In this document: in pieces, positions 49,611 through 58,364 of the stretch
Layout: each line of letters starts with the position of its first letter
Position numbering within the stretch: the stretch's first letter is position 1
NCBI GenBank assembly: GCA_040902515.1
Contig: JBBDXB010000006.1
Span: 574,017 to 638,016, forward strand
Length of the DNA: 64,000 nucleotides
Direction: 5' to 3'
DNA from: Patescibacteria group bacterium
GTDB taxonomy: Bacteria > Patescibacteriota > SICC01
Notes under the pieces: generated by a model
Told to the model about the DNA's origin: nothing
The model's database searches: none
The model's input: the letters and a program-made list of their open reading frames with translations, nothing else
Made by a program: the position numbers and the translations under genes

Positions 49611-49642
49611 GCGGCCCGCCTCACGGCGGGCCGCTTGTATGT
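49611..49642 (+). terminator. Rho-independent terminator (gcggcccgcc-tcac-ggcgggccgc + ttgtat)
   Basis: Perfect 10-bp GC stem with 4-nt loop followed by a U-rich tract, directly after the small CDS. Confidence 0.75.
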
Positions 49643-49738
49643 GTAGCACGGTTTCAAGCTCCTGATGTGCGGCCTCGACCGACCGCCCGCTGCACTGTCG
49701 GCTTGCATTTTCGGTCCGGCGGAGGACAATCAGGGCAG

Positions 49739-50083
49739 ATGCCCGCGAAGAAACCAGCCGCGAACGCGAAGAAGAAGCCTGCCAAGAAGCCGGCGGCGAA
49801 GAAAGTCGCGCCTGCGAGTACCAAGCCCAAGGCCGAGAAGCCGATCGGGCGGGTGACGCATTACTTCGACAAGGTGAAGGTCGCGGTAATCAGCCTGGAG
49901 AAAGGCAAGGGGCTCAAGGTCGGCGATACCGTGCGGATCGAGGGTGGCGACCTCGACTACGAGCAGAAGATTGAGTCGCTCCAGGTTGACCACGAGGCGG
50001 TGAAGTCGGTGAAGGCTGGCGATGACTTCGGGACCAAGGTGAAGAAGAAGGTCCACGAAGGCTATCGCGTCTACAAGACCTAG
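49739..50083 (+). CDS. Lysine/alanine-rich (histone H1-like N-terminus) small protein with C-terminal beta-barrel-like domain
   Basis: MPAKKPAANAKKKPAKKPAAKKVAPASTKPKAEKP... then GRVTHYFDKVKVAVISLEKGKGLKVGDTVRIEG; ggagga SD upstream. Track ORF begins at 49607 but the internal ATG with SD is preferred. Confidence 0.5.
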   Translation: MPAKKPAANAKKKPAKKPAAKKVAPASTKPKAEKPIGRVTHYFDKVKVAVISLEKGKGLKVGDTVRIEGGDLDYEQKIESLQVDHEAVKSVKAGDDFGTKVKKKVHEGYRVYKT

Positions 50084-50154
50084 GGTTGCAAAAGTAGCTT
50101 CATTATGAGTATTATGGGCGGGTCCCGTTAACAATCCGCTCTAGGAGGTTTTGC

Positions 50155-50592
50155 GTGAAGAAGCGCATGTCGTTCCTGATGGTCCTCGTGGCCGCACTCG
50201 TCGTGGCGCTCACCGCCGCGCCGGCATTCGCCGGTACGACGGTGCCCGGTCACGACCCCAACAAGCACCCCGATCGCATCGACGCCGACGGCAACGGCTA
50301 TCCCGACGAGGGAGTCACCGTCAACGGTCACTACACGCTCGAGCAGTCCGGCTGCTCGTACGTGGTGAACTACCGCGGCAACTTCGAGAACGATCCCTAT
50401 CTCGACAGCGGTTCCATCTACAACAACATCCGCTGCCCCGATGGAACGTACAACTACCTGATCGTCCATGAGACGGACCCGCGCTACCGCGGCAATCCCG
50501 ACTGGTCGATCTGGGGGACGTGGGAGATCCGCGTGCTGACGGTGTCCGGAGAGGGCAACCTCGTCAGACCGGAGAACCACGTCGGTTCCTGA
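50155..50592 (+). CDS. Small secreted protein (GTG start, signal peptide)
   Basis: aggagg SD 6 nt upstream of GTG; MKKRMSFLMVLVAALVVALTAAPAFAGTT signal with AFA-G cleavage-like site. Confidence 0.6.
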   Translation: MKKRMSFLMVLVAALVVALTAAPAFAGTTVPGHDPNKHPDRIDADGNGYPDEGVTVNGHYTLEQSGCSYVVNYRGNFENDPYLDSGSIYNNIRCPDGTYNYLIVHETDPRYRGNPDWSIWGTWEIRVLTVSGEGNLVRPENHVGS

Positions 50593-50730
50593 CCGACCCG
50601 ACCTGACGTACCGGCCATCCGGCCACTGAACACCTAGGGCGAACGCCTGCCGATCAATCCATCACCTCGATGAATCCGGCAGGCGTTTTCCCATACCCGC
50701 GTGCCGGTACGCGCCGTATACTGGAAGTAT

Positions 50731-50804
50731 TCGGGGATCGTCTAATGGTAGGACGCCAGGTTTTGGTCCTGGAAATCGGGGTTCGAATCCCTGTCCCCGA
50801 GCCA
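50731..50804 (+). tRNA. tRNA-Gln (anticodon TTG) with encoded CCA
   Basis: Acceptor stem tcgggga/tccccga (U1-A72), anticodon stem ccagg/cctgg with loop uuUUGgu, T-loop ggttcgaatcc, discriminator G then CCA. Confidence 0.8.
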
Positions 50805-50821
50805 TGCATACCGAACGCGCC

Positions 50822-51301
50822 ATGCCCGAGAAGAAACTCATCGTAGTCTCGTTCTTCGAGGACCTGGAGCCGGGGTACCGGTTTCCGGCCGGTGACTGGC
50901 CGGTACATCTGACGTTGCTCCTCCCGTTCGGCATCGAAGAAACATCGGTCAGTGACCTCGAAGCGAGGCTCGCGGATGTCTTCGCGCGGCAGGATCCGGT
51001 CGAAGTCGTATGCGAAGAAGCGGTCCAGTTCGGCCCGCAAGGGAATACCCCCGTTACCACCGTCCGTCGCAGCGCCGAGCTGCAGTCCCTCCACGATGCG
51101 TTGCTGGAGCTCATCGACGAACGTGGCGCCTCGTATGATCCGCGATGGTCGGGCGGGGAATACCGTCCCCACGTGACCCGTCAAGCCCGCGGCGCGATGG
51201 AGCCGGGAGAATCCGCGGAACTGCGCTCAGCTTCTTTGCTTGATTACGAGGAGACTACACGGACCATTCGGCGGACGTACCCGTTCGGTGCGGGTTCCTG
51301 A
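50822..51301 (+). CDS. 2H phosphoesterase superfamily protein (LigT / 2'-5' RNA ligase-like)
   Basis: Two H-x-T-x motifs (PVHLTLL and RPHVTRQ) at the expected spacing; starts 18 nt after the tRNA-Gln CCA. Confidence 0.6.
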   Translation: MPEKKLIVVSFFEDLEPGYRFPAGDWPVHLTLLLPFGIEETSVSDLEARLADVFARQDPVEVVCEEAVQFGPQGNTPVTTVRRSAELQSLHDALLELIDERGASYDPRWSGGEYRPHVTRQARGAMEPGESAELRSASLLDYEETTRTIRRTYPFGAGS

Positions 51302-51315
51302 CGTCTGTAACAGTT

Positions 51316-51343
51316 TTGATACACACCTTAACCAAGGTACAAT
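51316..51343 (+). promoter_or_regulatory. Promoter TTGATA-N16-TACAAT driving the structured leader of paralog 1
   Basis: ttgata 51316-51321, 16-nt spacer, tacaat 51338-51343. Confidence 0.55.
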
Positions 51344-51349
51344 CTAACG

Positions 51350-51497
51350 TTCATTAACAAATCGCTACTTGCGGCCGTAGCGTTGAGGATTCGAGTTTCG
51401 TTTCTTCACCGCTACGGCTAGTACAGCGTGGTATCCCATCAACGATGGTGAATCTGGGGCCCGATCGGGTGAGGGATTTGCCGGAGAGGAGCCAGCA
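51350..51497 (+). ncRNA. Candidate cis-regulatory structured 5' leader (copy 1): stem GCCGUAGCG...CGCUACGGC followed by conserved UAGUACAGCGUGG, a second hairpin and a G-rich SD
   Basis: Homologous to the leader at 59991-60144 (shared gcggccgtagcg ... cgctacggctag-a-agcgtgg), with a compensatory U-G change in the stem of copy 2. Confidence 0.45.
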
Positions 51498-52145
51498 ATG
51501 GCTAGGAAGGACCCGTCAGATATCGTGAGCGGAGCGGGGATGCTGACCAGCATCTTCACCAAGCTCGACAAGGCCGTGACCGCGGCCGGAGGCAGGCCCA
51601 AGGACATCCACCGGCTTGCCACCGACGAGGGTGACGCGCTGCTCACGCAGTTCGCCGAGCTGCTCGTGGTCAAGCAGGCCGGGGACAAGTACGTGATCAC
51701 CGTCAACTACGGCGAGCAGCTCAAGACGCTGATCGTCGACGGCGGTTACAACTGGGTCAACGACTACTACGAGGGCCAGACCTGGGACGACTGGAAACAG
51801 CAGGACGGAGTGACCCCTGTAATGTTCCCGTCCTGTCGCACGGTCGAGACTGAGGCCGTCGTCGTCCATCTCGACCGCTACGCCGAGACCGGCGAGGTGC
51901 TGGTGGAGCTCGACTTTCGGGGTCTCCGGCCCGCCGACGTAGCGGAGCTCTTGAGCTTCGGAGTCGCACACCCTGAGGTCCAGCGCGAGTTCCGGATCAT
52001 CGAGCTCGGCTCGATCTTGGGGGACCCGTATGGCAGCCGCTACGTGGCGTCTCTGTGGAGCGACTCCGGCCGGCGCTACCTCGACCTCTACTGGTACGAC
52101 GACCGGTGGGCTCCGGGCTGCCGGTTCCTCGCCTTCGGCAAGTAG
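51498..52145 (+). CDS. Hypothetical protein, paralog 1 (215 aa) of the protein at 60145-60804
   Basis: Shared features with paralog 2: MAR(K/R)...GAAG...AV..GG N-terminus, VTV(N/D)Y, GLRPA(D/N)(V/M)AEL, aromatic-rich C-terminus. Confidence 0.6.
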   Translation: MARKDPSDIVSGAGMLTSIFTKLDKAVTAAGGRPKDIHRLATDEGDALLTQFAELLVVKQAGDKYVITVNYGEQLKTLIVDGGYNWVNDYYEGQTWDDWKQQDGVTPVMFPSCRTVETEAVVVHLDRYAETGEVLVELDFRGLRPADVAELLSFGVAHPEVQREFRIIELGSILGDPYGSRYVASLWSDSGRRYLDLYWYDDRWAPGCRFLAFGK

Positions 52146-52203
52146 CCGCACTTGGGCCTTTGGGCGTTTGGCACTTCGTGCCCCTGCCCCTTGGACCCTC
52201 CGC

Positions 52204-52235
52204 ATTTTGACCTGCCCGGCCTCGGTGCCGGGCAG
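52204..52235 (+). terminator. Hairpin with perfect 12-bp stem (gacctgcccggc / gccgggcaggtc) after paralog 1
   Basis: Read from sequence; no strong U-tract, so may be a processing or stability hairpin rather than an intrinsic terminator. Confidence 0.45.
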
Positions 52236-52318
52236 GTCACCTCCGGATGCAGACAGACTCGTCGATTGTATTCAGAAACCCTGGATCTTGCCCGAATCTC
52301 TGTTAGCACACCGGCACC

Positions 52319-52365
52319 GAAGCGCTCACGAAAACACCCCGTTTTCACCCGAGCGCTTCTTTTAA
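52319..52365 (+). terminator. Rho-independent terminator (aagcgctc ... gagcgctt + cttttaatt)
   Basis: 8-bp stem enclosing a nested hairpin, followed by a T-run. Confidence 0.6.
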
Positions 52366-52451
52366 TTGGACGTATCAAGCGAGAGGGCTTTTATGTTGAG
52401 CCAATGGTCAAGGAATCCTGATTTCCGCGCCATTTCTGCTTAAATAGGACC

Positions 52452-53009
52452 GTGCCGAAAGAAACACTGATCGCCCTGGACCGGACCACCAGCTACCGGG
52501 TCCGGACCCATCCCCGGGCCAAGCACGTCCGGATCACCATCCAGCCGGGCGGTGACGTGGTCGTGACCAAGCCGCGGCGCGTCACGCTGTGGGCCGTCCG
52601 CCGGTTCGTTAAGGCGAAACGTGGTTGGATTACCACGGCCCGGGCCCGGCGGCAGGAGAGTCCGGTGCCGGAAATCCTTGAGCCTTCACGCGAGCACTAC
52701 CTGGCGCACCGCAAGGCTGCCCGCGATCTCCTCACTACCCGCGCCGACCACTGGGCCGCCCATCTCGGTTACCGCTACCGGCGGCTGTCCGTCCGGCGCG
52801 TGACCTCGCGGTGGGGGAGCTGCTCGCGCGGCGGCGGCCTCAGCTTCAACTACAAGCTCCTGTTCCTGCCGGCGCGGCTCGTCGATTACGTGGTCGTGCA
52901 CGAGCTGTGCCACCTCCGTGAACTCAACCACTCGCCGCGGTTCTGGGCGCTGGTCGGAGAGGCGCTTCCCGACTACGAGCGGCTCCGAGTCGAGCTGCGG
53001 AAACTGTAG
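52452..53009 (+). CDS. YgjP/DUF45 (M48-like) zinc metallo-hydrolase family protein
   Basis: C-terminal HELCHLRELNHSPRFW (HExxH + downstream) characteristic of DUF45/YgjP; N-terminal segments typical of the family (RITIQPGGDVVVTKPRR). Confidence 0.7.
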   Translation: MPKETLIALDRTTSYRVRTHPRAKHVRITIQPGGDVVVTKPRRVTLWAVRRFVKAKRGWITTARARRQESPVPEILEPSREHYLAHRKAARDLLTTRADHWAAHLGYRYRRLSVRRVTSRWGSCSRGGGLSFNYKLLFLPARLVDYVVVHELCHLRELNHSPRFWALVGEALPDYERLRVELRKL

Positions 53010-53028
53010 GTTCACGTCGGCGCCAAGC

Positions 53029-53057
53029 TCTAAAAACTTGATAATCATGCCATTTTG
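53029..53057 (+). promoter_or_regulatory. AT-rich near-consensus promoter TTGATA-N17-TATATT (extended TGg) upstream of the monooxygenase-like gene
   Basis: ttgata 53029-53034, 17-nt spacer, tatatt 53052-53057, in a ~60-bp AT-rich stretch that stands out from the GC-rich flanks. Confidence 0.55.
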
Positions 53058-53090
53058 TGGTATATTTACTGAATTTAGTAAAACCAAAAA

Positions 53091-55190
53091 ATGGCAGAAC
53101 AAGCCGAAAACAGGAGCCAGGTTGAACATTCCGTTGACCTGGACAAGGAGCGGGAAGCGCAGAAGAACGTCGCGGAACGCTTGCGCTCTGACCACTCCCT
53201 GCAGGCGATGCTTAGTTGGGTGCGCCATACACCGGAAGTGTTTTCCGAGGTGTATGACTTCGTTTCCCGTAAAGAGGAACTTCTAGAAGGGAGCACCCTC
53301 GAGGGCCAGAAGCATCGTGAGTACACCCCCGTGCTCGCGGGTGTCATGAACTCCGAGCGGGGGAGCGAGGTGATGGACATGGCCATAGACCGGTCGGTCG
53401 AGGAGCAAACGGCCGAGATCAAGGAACGGCTCAGGACGGGGGATTGCTATGTCCGGGAATTGGTAGTCGGAAGCGGTCCTCATGCCCAGATCTACAATGC
53501 CGAAAAGGCGGTCGCCAACCCGGGTCACGCCGGGTTGACCGTAGAGCGGGACCGACGGATCGGCGGGCAGTTCGCACTGGCCGAGTCGCCGGTATGGCAT
53601 CTCAACACCCGCACCCGCCCGGAAGACGCACTGTCCGCGCATTTGCCCGGAACTGAAGGCAGCTTGAATACGTTAGGCCGGGGTGCCGTGCAGCAATCGG
53701 ATTTGACCGGTGAGGCATACGGGAGCCAGGACCGTCTGGCTGATGCCGTTCGTATCAATCACGCGTTGGTCAGCCGGGTCATGAACCGGACCGAGGTAAC
53801 GGCAATCCGGGATGGAATGGAGGACTTGCCCGGCAAAATGCAGGTCGAGATGCGGGATACCCAAACGGGGGAAATCTTCTTTATCCAGACCGACCGGGTC
53901 GTGCTGACGACCGGCTTAGGGGAGTCGCGTACGGGGTTGGAACAGGCGGACCGGGCCAGCCAGGACCTGGTAGCCCGGAACATGGAGGAGTTCGAAAAGA
54001 CGGGCAAGGCGAAGATCATGTTGCTCGAACAGGCCGTGCAGATGCTTGGTGACAAGCATAACCCGTTCCCCCTGCGCGACATGGGGGAAGTTGGCGTTAT
54101 CGGCCCTGGCGACTCGGGTGCGATCGTAGCGGAGTACCTGCTCGGCTATGGCCCCAAGCCCCGCAAGTCGGTGGCCGCCCTGGACAGGGTCAAAAGCGTC
54201 CGCTGGGTGGGCCAAAAAAGCGAAACCCGCGAAGACTTCGACGTACGGCAACGGTATAAGATGCTCGGACTCGAGATGCCGCGCAAGCACGCTCCTGACT
54301 ATGCGACACGAATTGAACCGGCCGAGGGCCGGTGCTTCAAGATCGAAGAAGAGGGTGACAAGCTCCGGATGCATTACCGGAACAAAGCTGGTGAGCAGTC
54401 CAGTTGTGTCGTCGACCATATCATTCTGGCTACCGGATACGTGGATAAGACCGATGAGATTATGCAGGTGGGGTCGGCTCGAAAGAAAGAGGAAGAGACT
54501 GTCTTTGCCGAGACTGGCCTGCCGGTGGCCCAGCGGTATGCGGGGACGGAGGTCTATAAAGCCGGGCCGAGTTCACAGATGGAGCTCTCGGAGCAGAACC
54601 GGAACGGCTCTCCGGCCATGCAGCGGATGGATGTCCGCAAAACGGTCGCGGTATGGGCGTTCGCGGAGGAAACGGAGTCCTTGGCTCGTCTGCTTGCCCG
54701 GAAAGACATCGAAGAGGGAAATCCGGAAGATATTTTGACCGAGCTGAAGTCGCCTGATCCCGTACCGATGCCAGAATTGCAGCCGACCGAAAAGGCGTCC
54801 CCGCTGTTCGTGCCGATACAGGAGATGCCCTCTCGCGACCGTCTTCCGGCGGGGGTTAACGGTGAAGACGTGCTGAGATTCACGGCCGGCGAATACTTGG
54901 CAAAGTATTCGTTCCCCGAATCTACCAAGGGATTCCGGTTGTCGGTTGAGCGGGCCAAGAACGGTGCCCCGCAGTTCAGGGTGGATATCACACCGGGTTC
55001 GGCGTGCGAACAGGAGGAGTACTGTCAGATGCTTCGCGACCTGATGGGTGACCGGGTTATGCAAGATATGCTCCAGCGTTTGACGGAGAAACGGGTCAGC
55101 CGGCAGCAGCGGGTAGACATCGATATCCCGATGAAGGACGGCCATGTAGTGCCGGAGAGCATCGAATACCACATTCCTCGGTCGCACTGA
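53091..55190 (+). CDS. Large (699 aa) FAD/NAD(P)H-dependent flavoprotein monooxygenase-like protein (N-hydroxylating/FMO class B-like) with N- and C-terminal extensions
   Basis: Two Rossmann dinucleotide motifs (VVGSGPHA and IGPGDSGA) and downstream D-x3-ILATGY, at the spacing seen in ornithine/lysine N-monooxygenases; ~120-aa N-terminal and ~200-aa C-terminal extensions of unknown function. Confidence 0.45.
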   Translation: MAEQAENRSQVEHSVDLDKEREAQKNVAERLRSDHSLQAMLSWVRHTPEVFSEVYDFVSRKEELLEGSTLEGQKHREYTPVLAGVMNSERGSEVMDMAIDRSVEEQTAEIKERLRTGDCYVRELVVGSGPHAQIYNAEKAVANPGHAGLTVERDRRIGGQFALAESPVWHLNTRTRPEDALSAHLPGTEGSLNTLGRGAVQQSDLTGEAYGSQDRLADAVRINHALVSRVMNRTEVTAIRDGMEDLPGKMQVEMRDTQTGEIFFIQTDRVVLTTGLGESRTGLEQADRASQDLVARNMEEFEKTGKAKIMLLEQAVQMLGDKHNPFPLRDMGEVGVIGPGDSGAIVAEYLLGYGPKPRKSVAALDRVKSVRWVGQKSETREDFDVRQRYKMLGLEMPRKHAPDYATRIEPAEGRCFKIEEEGDKLRMHYRNKAGEQSSCVVDHIILATGYVDKTDEIMQVGSARKKEEETVFAETGLPVAQRYAGTEVYKAGPSSQMELSEQNRNGSPAMQRMDVRKTVAVWAFAEETESLARLLARKDIEEGNPEDILTELKSPDPVPMPELQPTEKASPLFVPIQEMPSRDRLPAGVNGEDVLRFTAGEYLAKYSFPESTKGFRLSVERAKNGAPQFRVDITPGSACEQEEYCQMLRDLMGDRVMQDMLQRLTEKRVSRQQRVDIDIPMKDGHVVPESIEYHIPRSH

Positions 55191-55251
55191 GCGGCTCTTC
55201 GGCACCGGTTAACGAAGGCGCCACCTTGCTTCCGCGCCAAACGCGGGTTTT

Positions 55252-57087
55252 TTGCGTAGACTAGAGCTTATGCGCCAGCCGCACGACATCCGGAACATCG
55301 CGATCATCGCTCACGTGGACCACGGCAAGACCACGCTGGTCGATGGTTTACTCAAGCAGTCCAAGACGTTCCGCGACAACCAGGCTGAGATGGACGCCAG
55401 CCTGATCCTCGATACCGGCGATTTGGAGCGTGAGCGCGGCATCACCATTTCTGCCAAGACGGCGGCGGTGGAGTACGAGGGAACCAAGATCAACATCATC
55501 GACACGCCCGGTCACGCCGACTTCTCCGGCGAGGTGGAGCGGACGCTCGGGATGGCGGACGGTGTGATCCTGGTGGTGGACGCCCAGGAGGGGCCGATGC
55601 CGCAGACCACGTTCGTGCTAAAGAAGGCGCTCGCGCTCGGCCTGAAGCCGATCGTCGTGCTCAACAAGGTGGACAAGCCCAACGCCCGGACCGAGAAAGC
55701 CAAGGACGAGGTGGAGCACCTCTTCCTGGACCTAGCCGTCTCGGACGACCAGCTCGACTTCCCGACGTATTACGCGGTCGCGCGGGAGGGGAAGGTTTGG
55801 AGCGAGCCGCCGGCCAGTCCGGACGACCCGGCAGATCTCCAGCCGATCTTCAAGGCGATCCTGGAGCATGTACCCGCGCCGCCGGGCGATCCGGACGGGC
55901 CGTTCCAGATGCAGGTATCCGCGCTGGCGTGGGATTCGTTCCAGGGCACGTACGCGATCGGGCGGATCCAGCGGGGGAGCGTGCAGAAGAACGATCCGGT
56001 GGCGCGGATCGCTACGGACGGCAGCGTCACGCCGGCCAAGGCGGCGAAGATCTTCATCTCCAAAGGACTCGGCCGGACGGAAGAGGCAGCGGCCGGAACC
56101 GGCGAAATTGTGCAGCTTACCGGTATCGAGGGCGTGATGATCGGCGAGACGATCACCAGTCCCGACCGGCCCGACCCGCTTCCGGCGATGGAGATCGAAG
56201 CGCCGACCCTGAAGATCGCGATCGGTCCCAACACCTCGCCGTTCTCCGGCAAAGAGGGGAAGTTCTCGACGTCGCGGCAGATCGGGGCGCGCCTCGAGAA
56301 GGAACTGGAGACCAACGTGGCGCTGCGGGTCGAGGAGCAGGGAGCCTCGTTCATGGTGTCCGGCCGCGGCGAGCTTCACCTTTCGATCCTGATCGAGACG
56401 CTGCGGCGCGAAGGATTCGAGCTGGAGGTCAGCCGGCCGCAGGTCGTCACCAGGGAGGAAGACGGAAAGGTGCTGGAACCGGTAGAGGACGTGATCATCG
56501 AGGTGCCGGAGGAATACACCGGCGCGGTCACCACGGAGCTGGGCCGGCGGAAAGCGCAGCTCCAGGAGATGCAGCCGACCGCCAAGGGGGTCACCCGGTT
56601 CACGTACAAGCTCTCCACGAACGCCCTGCTCGGGCTGCGCAACGCCCTGCTGACCGCCACCAAGGGGACCGTGGTGATGAACAGCCTGTTGGCCGGGTAC
56701 GAACCGCAGAAGCCGCCGCTGGAGAAGCTCCGTAACGGCGTGCTGATCTCCGCCCAGACCGGCACCGCCGTCACCTATGGCCTGCTGGTGGTCGAGGAGC
56801 GGGGGACCGCCTTCATCGGTCCCGGTACCAAGGTGTACGAGGGGATGATCATCGGTCTGAACCGCCGGAGCGACGACATGGAGATCAACGCCTGTAAGGA
56901 GAAGAAGCTGACCAACGTGCGGGCCAGCGGGACGGACATGACCACCCAGCTGACGCCGTATACCGAGCTCAGCTTGGAGGAAGCGCTCGACTTCATCGAG
57001 ACCGACGAGCTGCTGGAGGTGACGCCCCAGTCGCTACGCATGCGGAAGCGCCATCTGACGGAACTCGACCGGCGGCGGAACCGATAG
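55252..57087 (+). CDS. typA: Translational GTPase TypA/BipA (alternative start 55270)
   Basis: AIIAHVDHGKTTLVD G1, DTPGHADF, NKVDK; domains II-V of EF-G-like architecture and BipA-specific C-terminal domain. Confidence 0.9.
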   Translation: MRRLELMRQPHDIRNIAIIAHVDHGKTTLVDGLLKQSKTFRDNQAEMDASLILDTGDLERERGITISAKTAAVEYEGTKINIIDTPGHADFSGEVERTLGMADGVILVVDAQEGPMPQTTFVLKKALALGLKPIVVLNKVDKPNARTEKAKDEVEHLFLDLAVSDDQLDFPTYYAVAREGKVWSEPPASPDDPADLQPIFKAILEHVPAPPGDPDGPFQMQVSALAWDSFQGTYAIGRIQRGSVQKNDPVARIATDGSVTPAKAAKIFISKGLGRTEEAAAGTGEIVQLTGIEGVMIGETITSPDRPDPLPAMEIEAPTLKIAIGPNTSPFSGKEGKFSTSRQIGARLEKELETNVALRVEEQGASFMVSGRGELHLSILIETLRREGFELEVSRPQVVTREEDGKVLEPVEDVIIEVPEEYTGAVTTELGRRKAQLQEMQPTAKGVTRFTYKLSTNALLGLRNALLTATKGTVVMNSLLAGYEPQKPPLEKLRNGVLISAQTGTAVTYGLLVVEERGTAFIGPGTKVYEGMIIGLNRRSDDMEINACKEKKLTNVRASGTDMTTQLTPYTELSLEEALDFIETDELLEVTPQSLRMRKRHLTELDRRRNR

Positions 57088-57104
57088 CCTGTTTTTCATA
57101 AAAA

Positions 57105-57151
57105 ACACCCCCTGACTCTTGTCCTTGCGGACGTTGGTGAGCCAGGGGGTG
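57105..57151. repeat. Hairpin repeat copy 1 (acaccccctgactc-ttgtccttgcggacgttggt-gagccagggggtg); likely terminator for the - strand J-domain gene (A-run upstream = U-run on - strand)
   Basis: Near-identical (44/47) to copy 2 at 59340-59386; 13-bp stem with one G-U. Confidence 0.7.
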
Positions 57152-57155
57152 GTGG

Positions 57156-58364
57156 TTATGGGTGGGGATGTATGCCGAAGTCGGGGGCGTAGGATGTGTA
57201 CGATCCTCCGGCAATACGGCCGACCACCGAATCGGACCGTGACGGCGTGTAGTACTCGAGCGTATTTTCCTCCACGCCCAGGCCTTCATGGGGCGGCCAC
57301 TCGATGTTGAGGTAGACATCGGCCCCACGACGTGGGAACCGCAACCGTCCATTGGCAGCTGCGACATCCTTGAGCCTGTCACCGACGCCCATACCGTAAC
57401 GGTCACGGTACTGACGGCTGGTGGTCGAATACGCCGAAACATAGAGCCGGTTCCTGTTCTTACTGACTCCTTCGAGCTTGTCGCCCTGGACGAACACGAC
57501 AGCGACCAGTCCTCCGTCGGTCTCATAGAATGCAGACCTAGATTTCCCCAATCTGTCGAATGGGTATGGGTATGCCTGGGTATCCCTCGGCAGCCCCCAA
57601 ATCGCGTTCACCCGGTCATAGTCCATATGTACCTTGATCGGTCCGATCCGGTGAGGCGTAACGAGGAACTCGGGAGGTGGAGCACTTTGCCGGGCCTGCT
57701 GGATTACCGCCTGCCGTCGCTGCTGCCCCTCGGTCAGTTCAGGTGTCCCGGAATCGCCTCCGGACACCTGGAATCCGAACCAGATCAGGAATATCATTCC
57801 TGTGATAAACCCGAGTTGGCCCCACTTGATGCGGCTCGGCCGCTGCCGGCCCGGTACCGGACGCGCCTGCGTCGGCCGGGGTTGTCTGGGCCGGGGTTGT
57901 CTCGGTCGTCCAGAGGGCCCCGGACCCGGCTGTCGCCGAGCCTGCTGCCGCTGTCGAGCCTGCTGCCGCTGTCGCGGTGGCGGCGCCTGGCCCGGCCGCG
58001 GCGGGGTGGTTCCGCCGGGCGTCCCCGTTCCGCCGAACCGCTGGTAGGCCGCCTCGTGCTCATCGTCCCATTCGGGATCGTCCGGCGGGTCCGGCTTCGG
58101 CGTGGCGTGGCCCGGACCCGGCTGCCCGCCGTTCGGCGTGGCTCCGGTTCCGGCATCTTGCGCGGCGTCGTACTGCTTGCGCCGCTCCGGGTCGGACAGG
58201 ACGGCGTACGCCTCCTGCACGGCCTTGAAGCGCTCCTCGGCGAACTCGTCGCCGGGGTTCGCGTCGGGGTGGTCGCGGCGTACCGCGGCGCGGTACGCCT
58301 TCTTGATCGCTTCCTCCGTCGCATCCTTCGGAACACCGAGGATGCCGTAGTAGCTGCTGGCCAT
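57156..58364 (-). CDS. J-domain (DnaJ-like) membrane protein with Pro-rich linker, single TM and C-terminal domain of unknown function
   Basis: N-terminal J domain [34 protein letters not shown] (HPD present); Pro/Gln/Arg-rich region; [15 protein letters not shown]; ~170-aa C-terminal domain. Confidence 0.7.
   Translation of the reverse strand: MASSYYGILGVPKDATEEAIKKAYRAAVRRDHPDANPGDEFAEERFKAVQEAYAVLSDPERRKQYDAAQDAGTGATPNGGQPGPGHATPKPDPPDDPEWDDEHEAAYQRFGGTGTPGGTTPPRPGQAPPPRQRQQARQRQQARRQPGPGPSGRPRQPRPRQPRPTQARPVPGRQRPSRIKWGQLGFITGMIFLIWFGFQVSGGDSGTPELTEGQQRRQAVIQQARQSAPPPEFLVTPHRIGPIKVHMDYDRVNAIWGLPRDTQAYPYPFDRLGKSRSAFYETDGGLVAVVFVQGDKLEGVSKNRNRLYVSAYSTTSRQYRDRYGMGVGDRLKDVAAANGRLRFPRRGADVYLNIEWPPHEGLGVEENTLEYYTPSRSDSVVGRIAGGSYTSYAPDFGIHPHP

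Noticed and set aside
49607-49738. Upstream 44-codon extension of the lysine-rich protein ORF
   Set aside because: There is no SD for the 49607 start and the peptide composition is odd. The internal ATG at 49739 has a ggagga SD and begins the lysine-rich domain.
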